Origin: an uncultured Gammaproteobacteria bacterium
Lineage (GTDB): Bacteria > Patescibacteriota > Microgenomatia > UBA8517
Length of the DNA: 64,000 bases
NCBI GenBank assembly: GCA_964600575.1
Contig: CAZRJH010000001.1
Coordinates: forward strand, 223,683-287,682
Direction of reading: 5' to 3'
Part shown: positions 37,307 to 47,201 of the stretch, in pieces
Layout: the number at the start of each line of letters is the position of its first letter
Numbering within the stretch: position 1 is the first letter of the stretch
Translations under genes and position numbers: made by a program
The notes under the pieces: model-generated
Told to the model about the DNA's origin: nothing
What the model saw: the letters and a program-made list of their open reading frames with translations, nothing else
Database searches by the model: none

Positions 37307-38417
37307 AATAGTAAATTTTTTAAAAGATTACAAACACATATTTGTAATCTTTGCGCTTACCAGGATTATTTACACTATAATCGGTATATATTCCGTACCC
37401 AGGGAAGACGCTTTCAGAATACATCCCATAGAAGAGAAGCGTTACACAACCATAAAATATCTTAATTTTTGGGCTAAGTGGGATACTGCATACTACTTGG
37501 AGATAGCCAAACAAGGTTACGACAAAACGACCCACCCCAACGGTAAAGCAAATTACGCTTTTTTCCCACTTTATCCGATTACCATAAATTTGTTTAAAGG
37601 TCTTTTTTTTGGAAAAGAATTTATTGCGGCTTTTTTTGTATCCAATCTGTGTTATTTAATAGCCTGTGTTTATTTGTACAAACTTGCCTCATTGGACACA
37701 GACAAATTTGTGGCACAGCGTATAACAAAATATACATTTTTAATTCCTGCCGCTTTTTTGTTTTCGGCTCCGCTTTCCGAAAGTTTGTTTTTAATGCTAA
37801 TTGTTTTAAGTTTCTACTATGCCAGAAAGGATCAGTGGCTAAATTCAAGTATACTCGGACTTCTGGGATCGTTAACGCGTCCGATAGGCGTTGTTTTGTT
37901 TTTACCTCTTGTAACAGAGCTCCTTGATTCAAAGCTGGAAATTGTGAAGAAAATTAAAAGTTTTCTTTATTTATGTATTGTTCCGATGGGAATTTTCATT
38001 TTCGGGTTTTACGTAAGGTCACTAACGGGAGATTTCTTTGCTTTTATGAAAGTTCAGTATGCCTGGGACAGAGCAATGATCAATCCGTTCTTTTTATTGG
38101 CGATGCTTTATGTGGTAAACACGCCTTATACAATTTTTGTCCTTTATTATTCTTTGTCTATATCCACAATGTTTGCAATATATTTTAAAAAATTAAGACC
38201 TTCTTATTGGATACTAGCAATATTAATGTTTTTTATACCCCTATCAACAGGGCCTCAAAGTATCGTTAGATTGTCACTTCCCATTTTCCCGTTGTATTTT
38301 ATACTTGCAGATATGACCAAAGACCCAGAAGTTGATAACGTCTTAACCGTTACTTTAGCGATTCTTCAAGGCGCCCTGTTTGTTGCTTGGATAGCAGGTT
38401 CCACCATTGTTGTTTGA
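37248..38417 (+). CDS. Polytopic membrane protein, GT-C-like (mannosyltransferase/DUF2029-like)
   Basis: About 10 TM helices, conserved D/E-containing first loops; no soluble domain. Confidence 0.35.
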   Translation: MPKSTKTNIFSGSLKKYLGRIVNFLKDYKHIFVIFALTRIIYTIIGIYSVPREDAFRIHPIEEKRYTTIKYLNFWAKWDTAYYLEIAKQGYDKTTHPNGKANYAFFPLYPITINLFKGLFFGKEFIAAFFVSNLCYLIACVYLYKLASLDTDKFVAQRITKYTFLIPAAFLFSAPLSESLFLMLIVLSFYYARKDQWLNSSILGLLGSLTRPIGVVLFLPLVTELLDSKLEIVKKIKSFLYLCIVPMGIFIFGFYVRSLTGDFFAFMKVQYAWDRAMINPFFLLAMLYVVNTPYTIFVLYYSLSISTMFAIYFKKLRPSYWILAILMFFIPLSTGPQSIVRLSLPIFPLYFILADMTKDPEVDNVLTVTLAILQGALFVAWIAGSTIVV

Positions 38418-39594
38418 AAAAATGAAGATAGCCATTTATTACCCTTGGGTTTACTCAAAAAGCGGGGTTGAAAAAACCATACTTGCTATGGTTTCGGACA
38501 AAAGAAATCAATACACGATTTTCACAAATCATTACGATAAACAATCAACTTTTGAAGAATTTTCTGATTTAGAAGTTGTGGAACTGGATAAAGTTTCTGT
38601 AAAAAGAGATTTGTTAAACGTACTTAAGGCGGCTTTTACAATAGCAAAACAAAAAATTGATCTGAACGACTATGATTTATTATTGGTAAACAGTGAAGGC
38701 CTTGGTGATTTAATTCTTCTAAAGAACAGCTATAAACCTGTAATTTGCTTTTGCCATACTCCATTAAGGCCGGTTTTCGACTTGTATTACAAAACAAGAA
38801 TTTTGGAAACATATAACACTTCTAAAAAAATATTATTTTATTTTTTTTCAAAAATTTTTACGAAGATTGATCGTCTACTTTGGAAAAAATACGACCGCAT
38901 TATTTTTAACAGCAAAGAAAGTTTTAACCGTGCAATACGAGGTGGCCTAGTCAGCAAATCTTCTACAAAATGGAGCATACTGAATCCTCCGTCCATGTCT
39001 GATAATAAAAACATATCAAAAACTTTTAACAATTACTTTCTTTTGCCGGGAAGGATCATGTGGACAAAAAATATTGAGTTAGCAATTAACGGTTTTGTTA
39101 ATTTCAAAAAAGATAGCGCAGGAAAAAAGAATTACAAACTTATAATTGCAGGCCACCTAGACGCCAAAAGTCAACAATACTTAGAGAACCTTAAAAAACT
39201 TACTAAAACCAGAAACGACATTCAGTTTGTTATCGATCCCGACCAAAAAGAACTAGACCTGCTATATCTAAAAAGCATGTGTGTTGTCTCCAGTGCTTTT
39301 AACGAAGATTGGGGCTTAACCCTTTTGGAAGCCAATGCTTTCGGCAAGGGGGTAATTGCAATTGACCGAGGCGGTCCTAAAGAGTCACAAATTAATCAAG
39401 AAACTGCAATTTTAATAAAAGAAAGCACAAAGGCAATGTCGGAAGCTTTTTCAAAGATGGCAAAAGTTAAGTATGCAAAAAAACTAGGCAGAAACGCTTT
39501 CCAGTTATCAAAAAAATATAATAAAAAATATTTTATTGACAAACTTAACAAACAATTTCAGTTAGTTTCGGATTCACGAAAATTGCCCAGATGA
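38407..39594 (+). CDS. GT4-family glycosyltransferase
   Basis: EDWGLTLLEANAFGKGVIAIDRGGPKE. Confidence 0.7.
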   Translation: MLFEKMKIAIYYPWVYSKSGVEKTILAMVSDKRNQYTIFTNHYDKQSTFEEFSDLEVVELDKVSVKRDLLNVLKAAFTIAKQKIDLNDYDLLLVNSEGLGDLILLKNSYKPVICFCHTPLRPVFDLYYKTRILETYNTSKKILFYFFSKIFTKIDRLLWKKYDRIIFNSKESFNRAIRGGLVSKSSTKWSILNPPSMSDNKNISKTFNNYFLLPGRIMWTKNIELAINGFVNFKKDSAGKKNYKLIIAGHLDAKSQQYLENLKKLTKTRNDIQFVIDPDQKELDLLYLKSMCVVSSAFNEDWGLTLLEANAFGKGVIAIDRGGPKESQINQETAILIKESTKAMSEAFSKMAKVKYAKKLGRNAFQLSKKYNKKYFIDKLNKQFQLVSDSRKLPR

Positions 39595-40256
39595 AATTCA
39601 TTAACTGCTTTTTCCAGTGAACCTACTTTAGGGTATAGTCCATACATTTCGTATCTCTCAAGATAGTCTTTGCAAAAATCACCATTTTCTTTGATTATTG
39701 AGCAATCGTTTAGAACTTTTCTAAAACTTGAAACGTCATTCATGGCAATATATTCGGAGGCAAGTTCTACATAAAGGAAACTCATCGCGGGCGTTAATCT
39801 AATCGATTCCTTTATGCAAGAGATTGCATGTTCAAAGTACCCTGCTCTAAAAAAAATTAGAGACATTTTGTACTTAATGTTTGCCAACACCTCGGGATAG
39901 GGTTTATCCACAGCAATAAGTATGACGGGGGTGATTTTACTTTTAATATCACTTTTTGTTCCCATGCTAACGTTCTTTAAATTCAAGCTTGAGGTACCCC
40001 CCTCAAAAATTGTAGGAAAATACTTTTTATTTTCCCTAATGTATAAATTTGAAGATAAATCTATTAACTTAAGAGTAAGGTCAAGATTGTCTTTTTTAAT
40101 AAAATACGATGAAGCTTGTAGTAAATATTGGGAAAGTTTAAATTTGTCGCTATTATATAGGTAACCAACTTCAGATATTAACAAAAGTATAATGAAAAAC
40201 AAACTAAATAAAATAATATTTATTTTTGAGAAGTATTTGTTTTTGGTGTTAGGCAT
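39558..40256 (-). CDS. Membrane-anchored hypothetical protein (helical-repeat-like)
   Basis: N-terminal TM; no enzyme motif; convergent overlap with the 3' end of the upstream GT4 gene. Confidence 0.3.
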   Translation of the reverse strand: MPNTKNKYFSKINIILFSLFFIILLLISEVGYLYNSDKFKLSQYLLQASSYFIKKDNLDLTLKLIDLSSNLYIRENKKYFPTIFEGGTSSLNLKNVSMGTKSDIKSKITPVILIAVDKPYPEVLANIKYKMSLIFFRAGYFEHAISCIKESIRLTPAMSFLYVELASEYIAMNDVSSFRKVLNDCSIIKENGDFCKDYLERYEMYGLYPKVGSLEKAVNEFHLGNFRESETN

Positions 40257-42336
40257 GTTAAATCATTTAAAAAAACCGAGTAAATTCCAAAAAATAATCT
40301 TAACAGTAATTTTAGGATTATTTTTAACTATTTACTTCACTTTTCCGCTCATAGCAAACCTCCGGACCAGCTATCCAAAAAATTCAGATTTTTATCTTAA
40401 TGCATGGACTTATTGGTATACCGCCAAAAGTGTAGTGGACGGATCTATTTTAAATACCCAACAATTTTATAATACCGACCACCTTTATCCGTTCCCCGGG
40501 ACATTAGCACAACAAGACTTTATGCTGCTTCCGTCTGTATTGCTATATTTACCGATTTTCACACTCACCAAAGACCACATATTAAGCACAAACGTCTTAA
40601 TATTTATGACTTATTTTTTGAATTTTGCTTCCTCTTTTTATTTTATCAAAAAAATAACAAGGGAAACTTTAACCGGCTTGTTTGGAGCAATGGTATTCTC
40701 GTTCTCTCCAAGCGTGATTAATCTCTGGGGCGGGCATTTGGAATACCTTTCCCGTTTTATAATTCCTCCGTTAACTTACTTTTTTTTGAGTTATTTAAAA
40801 ACACCAAAAATATTAACCGGTTTTGCTTTTTTTGCCTGTTACACGGCTTTATGGTTTACATCAATAGTGCTAGCTTTGCTAACAACGGTTTTGTTCCTTG
40901 TTGCCGGAATAATTTATTTTTTTTATAAACTTTTTTCGGCAAACAAACACAAAAGCAAATTAAAACTAGTTTGTTTTGCTTTAACAAGCATTATTTTTTT
41001 ACCTCTAATTTGGAGGTTTTTTAATTTTTATATTGATTATTCTAAAAAAGAAAATTTTACAAGGCACGAAAACGAGATTCGACAATACACAGTGAGCCCG
41101 CTGGACTTCGTGATACCGTTTCCAAACAATATTCTTTTTGGATTTTTGGCCAAATCTACAGAAAACTTAAGAAACAAGAACACCGGTCACGAATTCAATT
41201 ATCAGGAGCACACCATGAGTTTTGGATATCTTCCTCTAGTCTTCTTGGTTGTATCCGCTATTTTTTTTACCAAAACCAGGCGTAAAACCAATAAAAAGTT
41301 AGTTGCAATTATTGCTCTTGTTTGTTTAATTTTAGCTTTTGGACCGAAAATCTATATTAATAACACCGAAGTAAAGCTTCCGTATTACTATATAAGTCAG
41401 GCGTTTCCTCCACTCCAAGCCATACGCACTCCAACCAGAATAAAATATATAGGTTTGTATTTTGTTGCAATTTTGGCATCTTACGGTTTAAGTTATCTAG
41501 GCAAAAAGTCAGGTAAATATAGGAGAATTATATTTGTATCGAGTCTTTTGGTTCTAACCCTGGAGTACAAAACACAATTTACAATAAACAAACCCGAGTA
41601 TAAAAGGATAGATTACGATATTTACAAAAAAAAGGTTTTATTTTTACCAATCAAGGACGACTTCGAAAAGCTAAACAATGCATCTTACTCAATCTACAAC
41701 ATTGTCCACAACATAACTACCGTAAACGGATCTACGGGATCAGAATATCAAATTAACGGTTTTTTTCCTTTTGTTTACAATCTAAAAACTTATTCTTTTA
41801 ATGAATATTGGTTTGAACTTCTAAGTTCGATCGGCGTTGATTTCGTAATAGTCAGTAAGACCGAAAACAATTTTGTAGACATCCAGACAAGTATGGCTAA
41901 AGTTGGGGAGTTAACACTTAAAAGCTTGAAAATTTATGAGGACGAAAATTGGTTAATTTTGGATGTAAAAAAGTTTTACAAGCAGGGAGTTGTTTGCCTG
42001 GACCCTTCAGTTAACAACCTCGGGATAAAATTCAATCTTATGTCTGATCCCTTATCAAATAAACATCTGCTTATTTATAGCGGAATCAACAACAGAGACT
42101 GCAATTTAACATTTTTAAATCAAAACAGGTATGTTTCTATGCAGTACAAGCCGTCTTTTCAAAAAACAAATAACAAAACTTACAAAAACTACCTAATTAT
42201 GCCTGTCTACCTTCAAGCAGGCGGGGAATATTCGAACGAGATTCTGCTGGAAAATCCAAACAATGAACAAATAAATGAAGTCGAGATTGATTTAAACGGA
42301 AGTATATTTATAGTTAAAAACTCAAAAGATTATTAG
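40192..42336 (+). CDS. Large polytopic membrane protein, putative GT-C / YfhO-like glycosyltransferase
   Basis: About 13 N-terminal TM helices followed by a roughly 300 aa extracytoplasmic C-terminal domain; 714 aa. Confidence 0.35.
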   Translation: MKNKLNKIIFIFEKYLFLVLGMLNHLKKPSKFQKIILTVILGLFLTIYFTFPLIANLRTSYPKNSDFYLNAWTYWYTAKSVVDGSILNTQQFYNTDHLYPFPGTLAQQDFMLLPSVLLYLPIFTLTKDHILSTNVLIFMTYFLNFASSFYFIKKITRETLTGLFGAMVFSFSPSVINLWGGHLEYLSRFIIPPLTYFFLSYLKTPKILTGFAFFACYTALWFTSIVLALLTTVLFLVAGIIYFFYKLFSANKHKSKLKLVCFALTSIIFLPLIWRFFNFYIDYSKKENFTRHENEIRQYTVSPLDFVIPFPNNILFGFLAKSTENLRNKNTGHEFNYQEHTMSFGYLPLVFLVVSAIFFTKTRRKTNKKLVAIIALVCLILAFGPKIYINNTEVKLPYYYISQAFPPLQAIRTPTRIKYIGLYFVAILASYGLSYLGKKSGKYRRIIFVSSLLVLTLEYKTQFTINKPEYKRIDYDIYKKKVLFLPIKDDFEKLNNASYSIYNIVHNITTVNGSTGSEYQINGFFPFVYNLKTYSFNEYWFELLSSIGVDFVIVSKTENNFVDIQTSMAKVGELTLKSLKIYEDENWLILDVKKFYKQGVVCLDPSVNNLGIKFNLMSDPLSNKHLLIYSGINNRDCNLTFLNQNRYVSMQYKPSFQKTNNKTYKNYLIMPVYLQAGGEYSNEILLENPNNEQINEVEIDLNGSIFIVKNSKDY

Positions 42337-42365
42337 TTTAATTTATTTAATGTAGTATTTAATAA

Positions 42366-43430
42366 ATGTTCAGTATCGAAAAAAAACTTACACACAGCTT
42401 GTTCGACCACTTTGCTTTTCTTGTCGTGACCGTCTTAATTAATCTCGGTTCGCTCGGGGTATTTACGGCAATTTTTCTTTATTTGGGTATTGTTTTGGCA
42501 TGCTTGCTCGTTGGGTTTAAATTAGTAATTCAAAAAAATATATATTTACCTCGTCACTATGTAATTTACCTTGTATTTATAGGCATACTGGCTATACACA
42601 CCTCAAAGTTCAGCGGAGATTTTTATTACTTTTGGATTTACGCTTCAGGTGCTGTTTTTTGGCTTTTGGCCGCAAATTTTAAAAATGTTTTAGAAGAACA
42701 CTTTTACTATCTGATTTACACGCTCGGCTTATTAATGGCAACTTTATTTATAACAACTTCCATTAACCCCATATCAACACCCAATTTGGCAACTCTTTTT
42801 GCCCCTGCAACTTCCGCCGTAAAACACAGCAATATAGGCGATTTATGGTCAATAATAATTGTTGCCTCTGTAATCTATTTTCATAAAAGAAATAAGGTAA
42901 TCGGTTTGATATTTATCGCCGTTGGTTTACTTTTTATTGCGACATCCTTTTCAAGATCTGCTGTTGTAGCATCTGTTATTGGAGTCGGGTTTGTAATTTT
43001 GAAAACCAGATGGGTCCTGTTTAAGAAGATATTTCCGCTTTTTTTGGCTGTATTTGCTGTTATTTTTATCACCATCAGTCTCTCTAAATCTGTCTTGTTT
43101 TCGCGGCCTTACTTTGCAGAAGCACTATCAGCACTTTTCAACCGTCCGCTTGGAACGGGTTTAGGTAATTTTAGCCTTATAAGTACTTCTTCTAATTTTG
43201 CCCACAGTATTTTTCTTGAAGTTGTGTCTGCGCTTGGAGTGTTTTCGATACCTTTTATAGTCTGGTTAGGTTTTATGGTAAAAGACATTTTGGTTGCAAG
43301 TGGGGAGGATATAGGCTATTCCGCGGTGGAACTTACAATACTTGCAATATTTATGTTTACGCCCAACTATATTATATTTGGCCTTGTTTGGCTTTGGTTT
43401 TTGACAATCGGACTAAAAAGAGAAGACTAA
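42366..43430 (+). CDS. O-antigen-ligase-like (Wzy_C) membrane protein, paralog 1
   Basis: Polytopic; loop FSRSAVVASVIG and SRPYFAEA shared with the paralog at 43989. Confidence 0.5.
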   Translation: MFSIEKKLTHSLFDHFAFLVVTVLINLGSLGVFTAIFLYLGIVLACLLVGFKLVIQKNIYLPRHYVIYLVFIGILAIHTSKFSGDFYYFWIYASGAVFWLLAANFKNVLEEHFYYLIYTLGLLMATLFITTSINPISTPNLATLFAPATSAVKHSNIGDLWSIIIVASVIYFHKRNKVIGLIFIAVGLLFIATSFSRSAVVASVIGVGFVILKTRWVLFKKIFPLFLAVFAVIFITISLSKSVLFSRPYFAEALSALFNRPLGTGLGNFSLISTSSNFAHSIFLEVVSALGVFSIPFIVWLGFMVKDILVASGEDIGYSAVELTILAIFMFTPNYIIFGLVWLWFLTIGLKRED

Positions 43431-43449
43431 ACTTGAATTTGTTTCAAGA

Positions 43450-43914
43450 TCAATTTCTTTCCAAAGAAATACCTAGAGAATTAATCGTTATAACCACCGG
43501 CATTGTTACCCAAAAACTTCCTTGCGGTAATGTTCCGCCAAAAGCCTCATACTCATCTTTCTTAAAATGCACTCTGGTTAAACTCCCGTCCTCGTTTTTT
43601 ATTCCAATTACATAAACATACTTTTCTCCGTCTATTACTCTTTGTTCCAAATCTGCCGAGACAAAAGTGCCGTAAATTTTAGTCTCTTGTCTAGAAGCTA
43701 TGTTTGAAGTTGTATAGTCGTAAATTTTTTCTATACTGGTCTTATCAACAAGTTTTATCTTCCTTTCCGAAGCAACCACAACCTCCTCAACCTTTACTTT
43801 ATCCTTTCTTATAATGTAAACGGTAAGGAAAAATCCGCCTACACACAGTATCAAAGCAACAAGGACAACAATAATAACCCGCAAATACTTTTCTGAGCCA
43901 TTATCAGAATCCAT
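43450..43914 (-). CDS. Membrane-anchored hypothetical protein
   Basis: N-terminal TM (LRVIIVVLVALILCVGGFFLTVYII) plus a small soluble domain. Confidence 0.35.
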   Translation of the reverse strand: MDSDNGSEKYLRVIIVVLVALILCVGGFFLTVYIIRKDKVKVEEVVVASERKIKLVDKTSIEKIYDYTTSNIASRQETKIYGTFVSADLEQRVIDGEKYVYVIGIKNEDGSLTRVHFKKDEYEAFGGTLPQGSFWVTMPVVITINSLGISLERN

Positions 43915-43988
43915 AATTTATAATAAACCAAAGTTCTACATAAAACAAAACGTTAGTTTAAAAACAAAATGTTATAATTTGCAAAACT

Positions 43989-45077
43989 GTGGCAATTGAA
44001 TATATTGCAAAAATCTTAGACAAAAAAATAATTTCTTACTTTTTTTTGTTTTTTCTTTCACTAAATTTAATCTTAGCTTCAATTGGGGGCAGTATGACAA
44101 CTCCACTTTTTTTGTCGTTTATTATTAACTTGTTTTTTTGGGGAGTTTTGTTAACGGGTGATCATCCAATAACTTTCCCAAGGTATTTTAAGTTATATGT
44201 TCTTTTTTTGGCCATAGGCCTTTTGCACTACATTTTTTTTAAGGGAAATATAAAGTTGTATATGATTCTTGTTTCCGGAGCGATATATTGGATTACCGCC
44301 TACAATTTTAAAAGTCAGATTTCTAAATTATTACCATTTGTTTTACAGGTCTTGTCTGTCGTGATTGTAATATTTTTTTTGGTAAATATCGGTAAGGATC
44401 TAAGATTCGACGTAACAGAGAACCTGTTTCATCCAACTGCAACCTCTAAACATAACCACATCGGTGATCTTTTTGCTCTGACACTGGTGTCAAATATAAA
44501 ACATGTATCTGCAGGTTTTAGATTTAGCAACATAGTTTTTATAGTTGTTTCCTTGATATTTATGGCGATTTCTTATTCAAGATCTGCTGTTGTTTCACTT
44601 CTTATCTCTATTGCTTACTTGTTTTCGACATCAAAAAACAAGCAAAAAATTTCGTTATTTTTAAAAATACTTTTTGTAGTGGGAGTATCCCTGGTTGTTT
44701 ATTTTGGTCTTCAGAAAACGACTATTTTTTCAAGACCGTATTTTGCCGAATCTTTTTGGTTACTTTTAAAAAATCCGTTTGGCATCGGTTTTGGCAATTT
44801 TCCCTTGTATAACCACAATATCCAAGTGGTTCATAGCATTATTATGGAGATAATAGTAGGCTATGGTTTGTTTTCTATTGTTTGGATTTATTGGTTTTAC
44901 ATCTCCTTAACTCAAGTTCTGAAATCCGATAACAATAAGGTGCTAAGTGCAGTATATTTAGGCATTATTACAAACTTGGCTTTTGACCGCACATATCTCA
45001 TACCTACTTTTGTATGGCTCTTGTTCGTTATTTTAGGAGTACTTGAGCAGGATACCGGGGCAGACGTATATTTATGA
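43989..45077 (+). CDS. O-antigen-ligase-like (Wzy_C) membrane protein, paralog 2
   Basis: YSRSAVVSLLISIAY, SRPYFAESF motifs paralogous to 42366..43430. Confidence 0.5.
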   Translation: MAIEYIAKILDKKIISYFFLFFLSLNLILASIGGSMTTPLFLSFIINLFFWGVLLTGDHPITFPRYFKLYVLFLAIGLLHYIFFKGNIKLYMILVSGAIYWITAYNFKSQISKLLPFVLQVLSVVIVIFFLVNIGKDLRFDVTENLFHPTATSKHNHIGDLFALTLVSNIKHVSAGFRFSNIVFIVVSLIFMAISYSRSAVVSLLISIAYLFSTSKNKQKISLFLKILFVVGVSLVVYFGLQKTTIFSRPYFAESFWLLLKNPFGIGFGNFPLYNHNIQVVHSIIMEIIVGYGLFSIVWIYWFYISLTQVLKSDNNKVLSAVYLGIITNLAFDRTYLIPTFVWLLFVILGVLEQDTGADVYL

Positions 45078-45083
45078 TGAATA

Positions 45084-45112
45084 TTGACATTTATTTTTAT
45101 TAGTCCTATAAT
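45084..45112 (+). promoter_or_regulatory. Consensus sigma70 promoter TTGACA-17-TATAAT, ATG 7 nt downstream (leaderless candidate)
   Basis: TTGACA at 45084-45089, a 17-nt spacer, TATAAT at 45107-45112; CDS ATG at 45119. Confidence 0.55.
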
Positions 45113-45118
45113 ATAGCC

Positions 45119-46627
45119 ATGTTTACAGAACGAAAACTACCACTGTGGGCACGATTGACTTCGGGATTTGTTATCGGAGCACTTCTTTCAGGTTGTATGG
45201 GAAAAACCTTTGGAACAGTTACCCCAACGGCAGAGTCAGCTTCACCTACACCTATGAGTGAACCTTACTGCGACTCGCACATGCTTACAATCGAGCCGCC
45301 TATGGATTTAGACGCCATCAACCCTTATGTGCTACCCATAATTTCCGAAAATCTAATGGGTCCTAGCGGAGTTGGTAGAATCACAGGTTTGAGCAGAGTT
45401 ACAAACCCTTCCCCCGACTACGTCTCCAATGTCAAAAAATCAGCACAAGACAAAAATCTCCCTTTGGATGCAGCTAAGGCAACGGTTGTCGAGTTCGGGA
45501 TGGAAGGAGACTCTAACAAATCTTGTGCACCCTTAACTATGATTTTAGGAGAAGAAAAATCAGACGGAACCCAACCTGCTTATTTAGGTTTTGCCACGGA
45601 ACAAATTGACTCTGATCAAAACGGCACCCCTGATTTGGATGTGCTCGTGCCTTCGTTCGACGGCAATATTGATACTTTTTTACCGCTCGGACAAGTAGAT
45701 GCCAATCCGGGAGACAGCGTTGTTCATGTAGGCACAATCGACCAACTGGACCCCAACTCAATAAGTCCAATTTTTGAAATAGACCAGGAAAGCGGTAAAG
45801 TTACATTCTATCCGCCTTTTTACCAGGGTGAAGGCTCCGGATCAGAAGCGGGAGTACAGGTAGAATCTGCAGCTAATTTTGTTAATGTCTCTTATAAGAC
45901 AGAGGGTGCAAATCCTACTAATATCTTAACACCAACCCCGTCCGCACCTGTCACAGAAGTAACCGTAGCTCCTCCTGCTACGGAAACACCCGAAGCCAGC
46001 CAATTCCAAGTTTGTTCAGCAGAAAATTATGCAAATTGTGCCATACCATCCCAAGATTTGTTTAACGGTAATTACTTAAACTGGCTTAAAACTTTACAAG
46101 TTGAACAATTTGACCCTGCGAAAGTTGAACAACTTCAATGTTTCGGAAACAGTCAAGAAATAACATTTGTAGGTAGTCCAAGTAAAAATAATTTTGCAAA
46201 TCCTGATACTGCAATGGTAAAGCGAGGCTTTACATTTGGGGTAGTAACTTTACAGCCGGGGGAAGTGGGTTACGATTTTCCGCAAACCAGGACCTTCCTG
46301 ATTTTACCCGCTTTTTCTTACTCAAAGAGTTTAAATACGGGAGTTTGGAACCTTTTTGCATACAGAATAGACGGTCTGGCTCCCGAAAAAGTAGTTGAAT
46401 TTGCTAGCGGTTGGGCAAAATCCGGCAATCTTATGGTTATGTCAAGCCAATATGAGTCGGGGACGGGTACAGAAGTTGGTAATCCTTACCACAGAAATCC
46501 TTTGGTTGTTAACACATTCAACCTTTATCCCGATATGCAGACCAAACTAGACAATTTTGGTGAAAATTGTGACCCTGGCTACATTAGTGACCCGGGAATA
46601 ATTCTTGAAACAAGTTACACACGCTAA
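45119..46627 (+). CDS. Putative lipoprotein / secreted surface protein
   Basis: Signal peptide with lipobox-like LLSGC; Thr/Pro-rich linker (TPTPSAPVTEVTVAPPATETPE). Confidence 0.5.
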   Translation: MFTERKLPLWARLTSGFVIGALLSGCMGKTFGTVTPTAESASPTPMSEPYCDSHMLTIEPPMDLDAINPYVLPIISENLMGPSGVGRITGLSRVTNPSPDYVSNVKKSAQDKNLPLDAAKATVVEFGMEGDSNKSCAPLTMILGEEKSDGTQPAYLGFATEQIDSDQNGTPDLDVLVPSFDGNIDTFLPLGQVDANPGDSVVHVGTIDQLDPNSISPIFEIDQESGKVTFYPPFYQGEGSGSEAGVQVESAANFVNVSYKTEGANPTNILTPTPSAPVTEVTVAPPATETPEASQFQVCSAENYANCAIPSQDLFNGNYLNWLKTLQVEQFDPAKVEQLQCFGNSQEITFVGSPSKNNFANPDTAMVKRGFTFGVVTLQPGEVGYDFPQTRTFLILPAFSYSKSLNTGVWNLFAYRIDGLAPEKVVEFASGWAKSGNLMVMSSQYESGTGTEVGNPYHRNPLVVNTFNLYPDMQTKLDNFGENCDPGYISDPGIILETSYTR

Positions 46628-46664
46628 CCTCAACAGTTGCTCCATTAAAAAGAGTGTGATTTAA

Positions 46665-47201
46665 TTGATTTGGATGAAGCTACATTATCGTAAGTTAGGC
46701 ATTGTCTTTATAATGCTGTCAATTATTTTTTATATTCTGTACGTATTTTTAGGAGTGGAGAAAATTCAACAACCCTTCATGTACACAAACAAGCTCGAAT
46801 CTCAGATTAAGGAAAATTCGATTAGACAACTAAGAGATCATCCCAACTTAAATTTTTATAACGGTATATTTGCCCAAAAAATATTTTTTAACGACAAATT
46901 ATACGGTTTATGGATTGTTAACTTTAACGGTTTAAAGTACCACAAAGTTTCAGCATCAACAAAGTTTTCTTATTTCAGTTTATGTAAAGATCAAAGATGG
47001 ATGAACCCCCAACAGCGCCTTTCAAAAAATGATAATATAAATTATAAGGACTGGTTGAAAATGATAAGACAAGGCGATTATATTCAGGTGATTACAGATA
47101 AAGAAAACAATGCCGTCACTACGGAGATAATAGGCTATGATTGGTGGGCTTTTTCCAGCAAAATACCAGTCAACTATTTTCAAACAAGATGTCAAAACTA
47201 A
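46665..47201 (+). CDS. Membrane-anchored hypothetical protein
   Basis: N-terminal TM then a soluble domain; no motif. Confidence 0.3.
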   Translation: MIWMKLHYRKLGIVFIMLSIIFYILYVFLGVEKIQQPFMYTNKLESQIKENSIRQLRDHPNLNFYNGIFAQKIFFNDKLYGLWIVNFNGLKYHKVSASTKFSYFSLCKDQRWMNPQQRLSKNDNINYKDWLKMIRQGDYIQVITDKENNAVTTEIIGYDWWAFSSKIPVNYFQTRCQN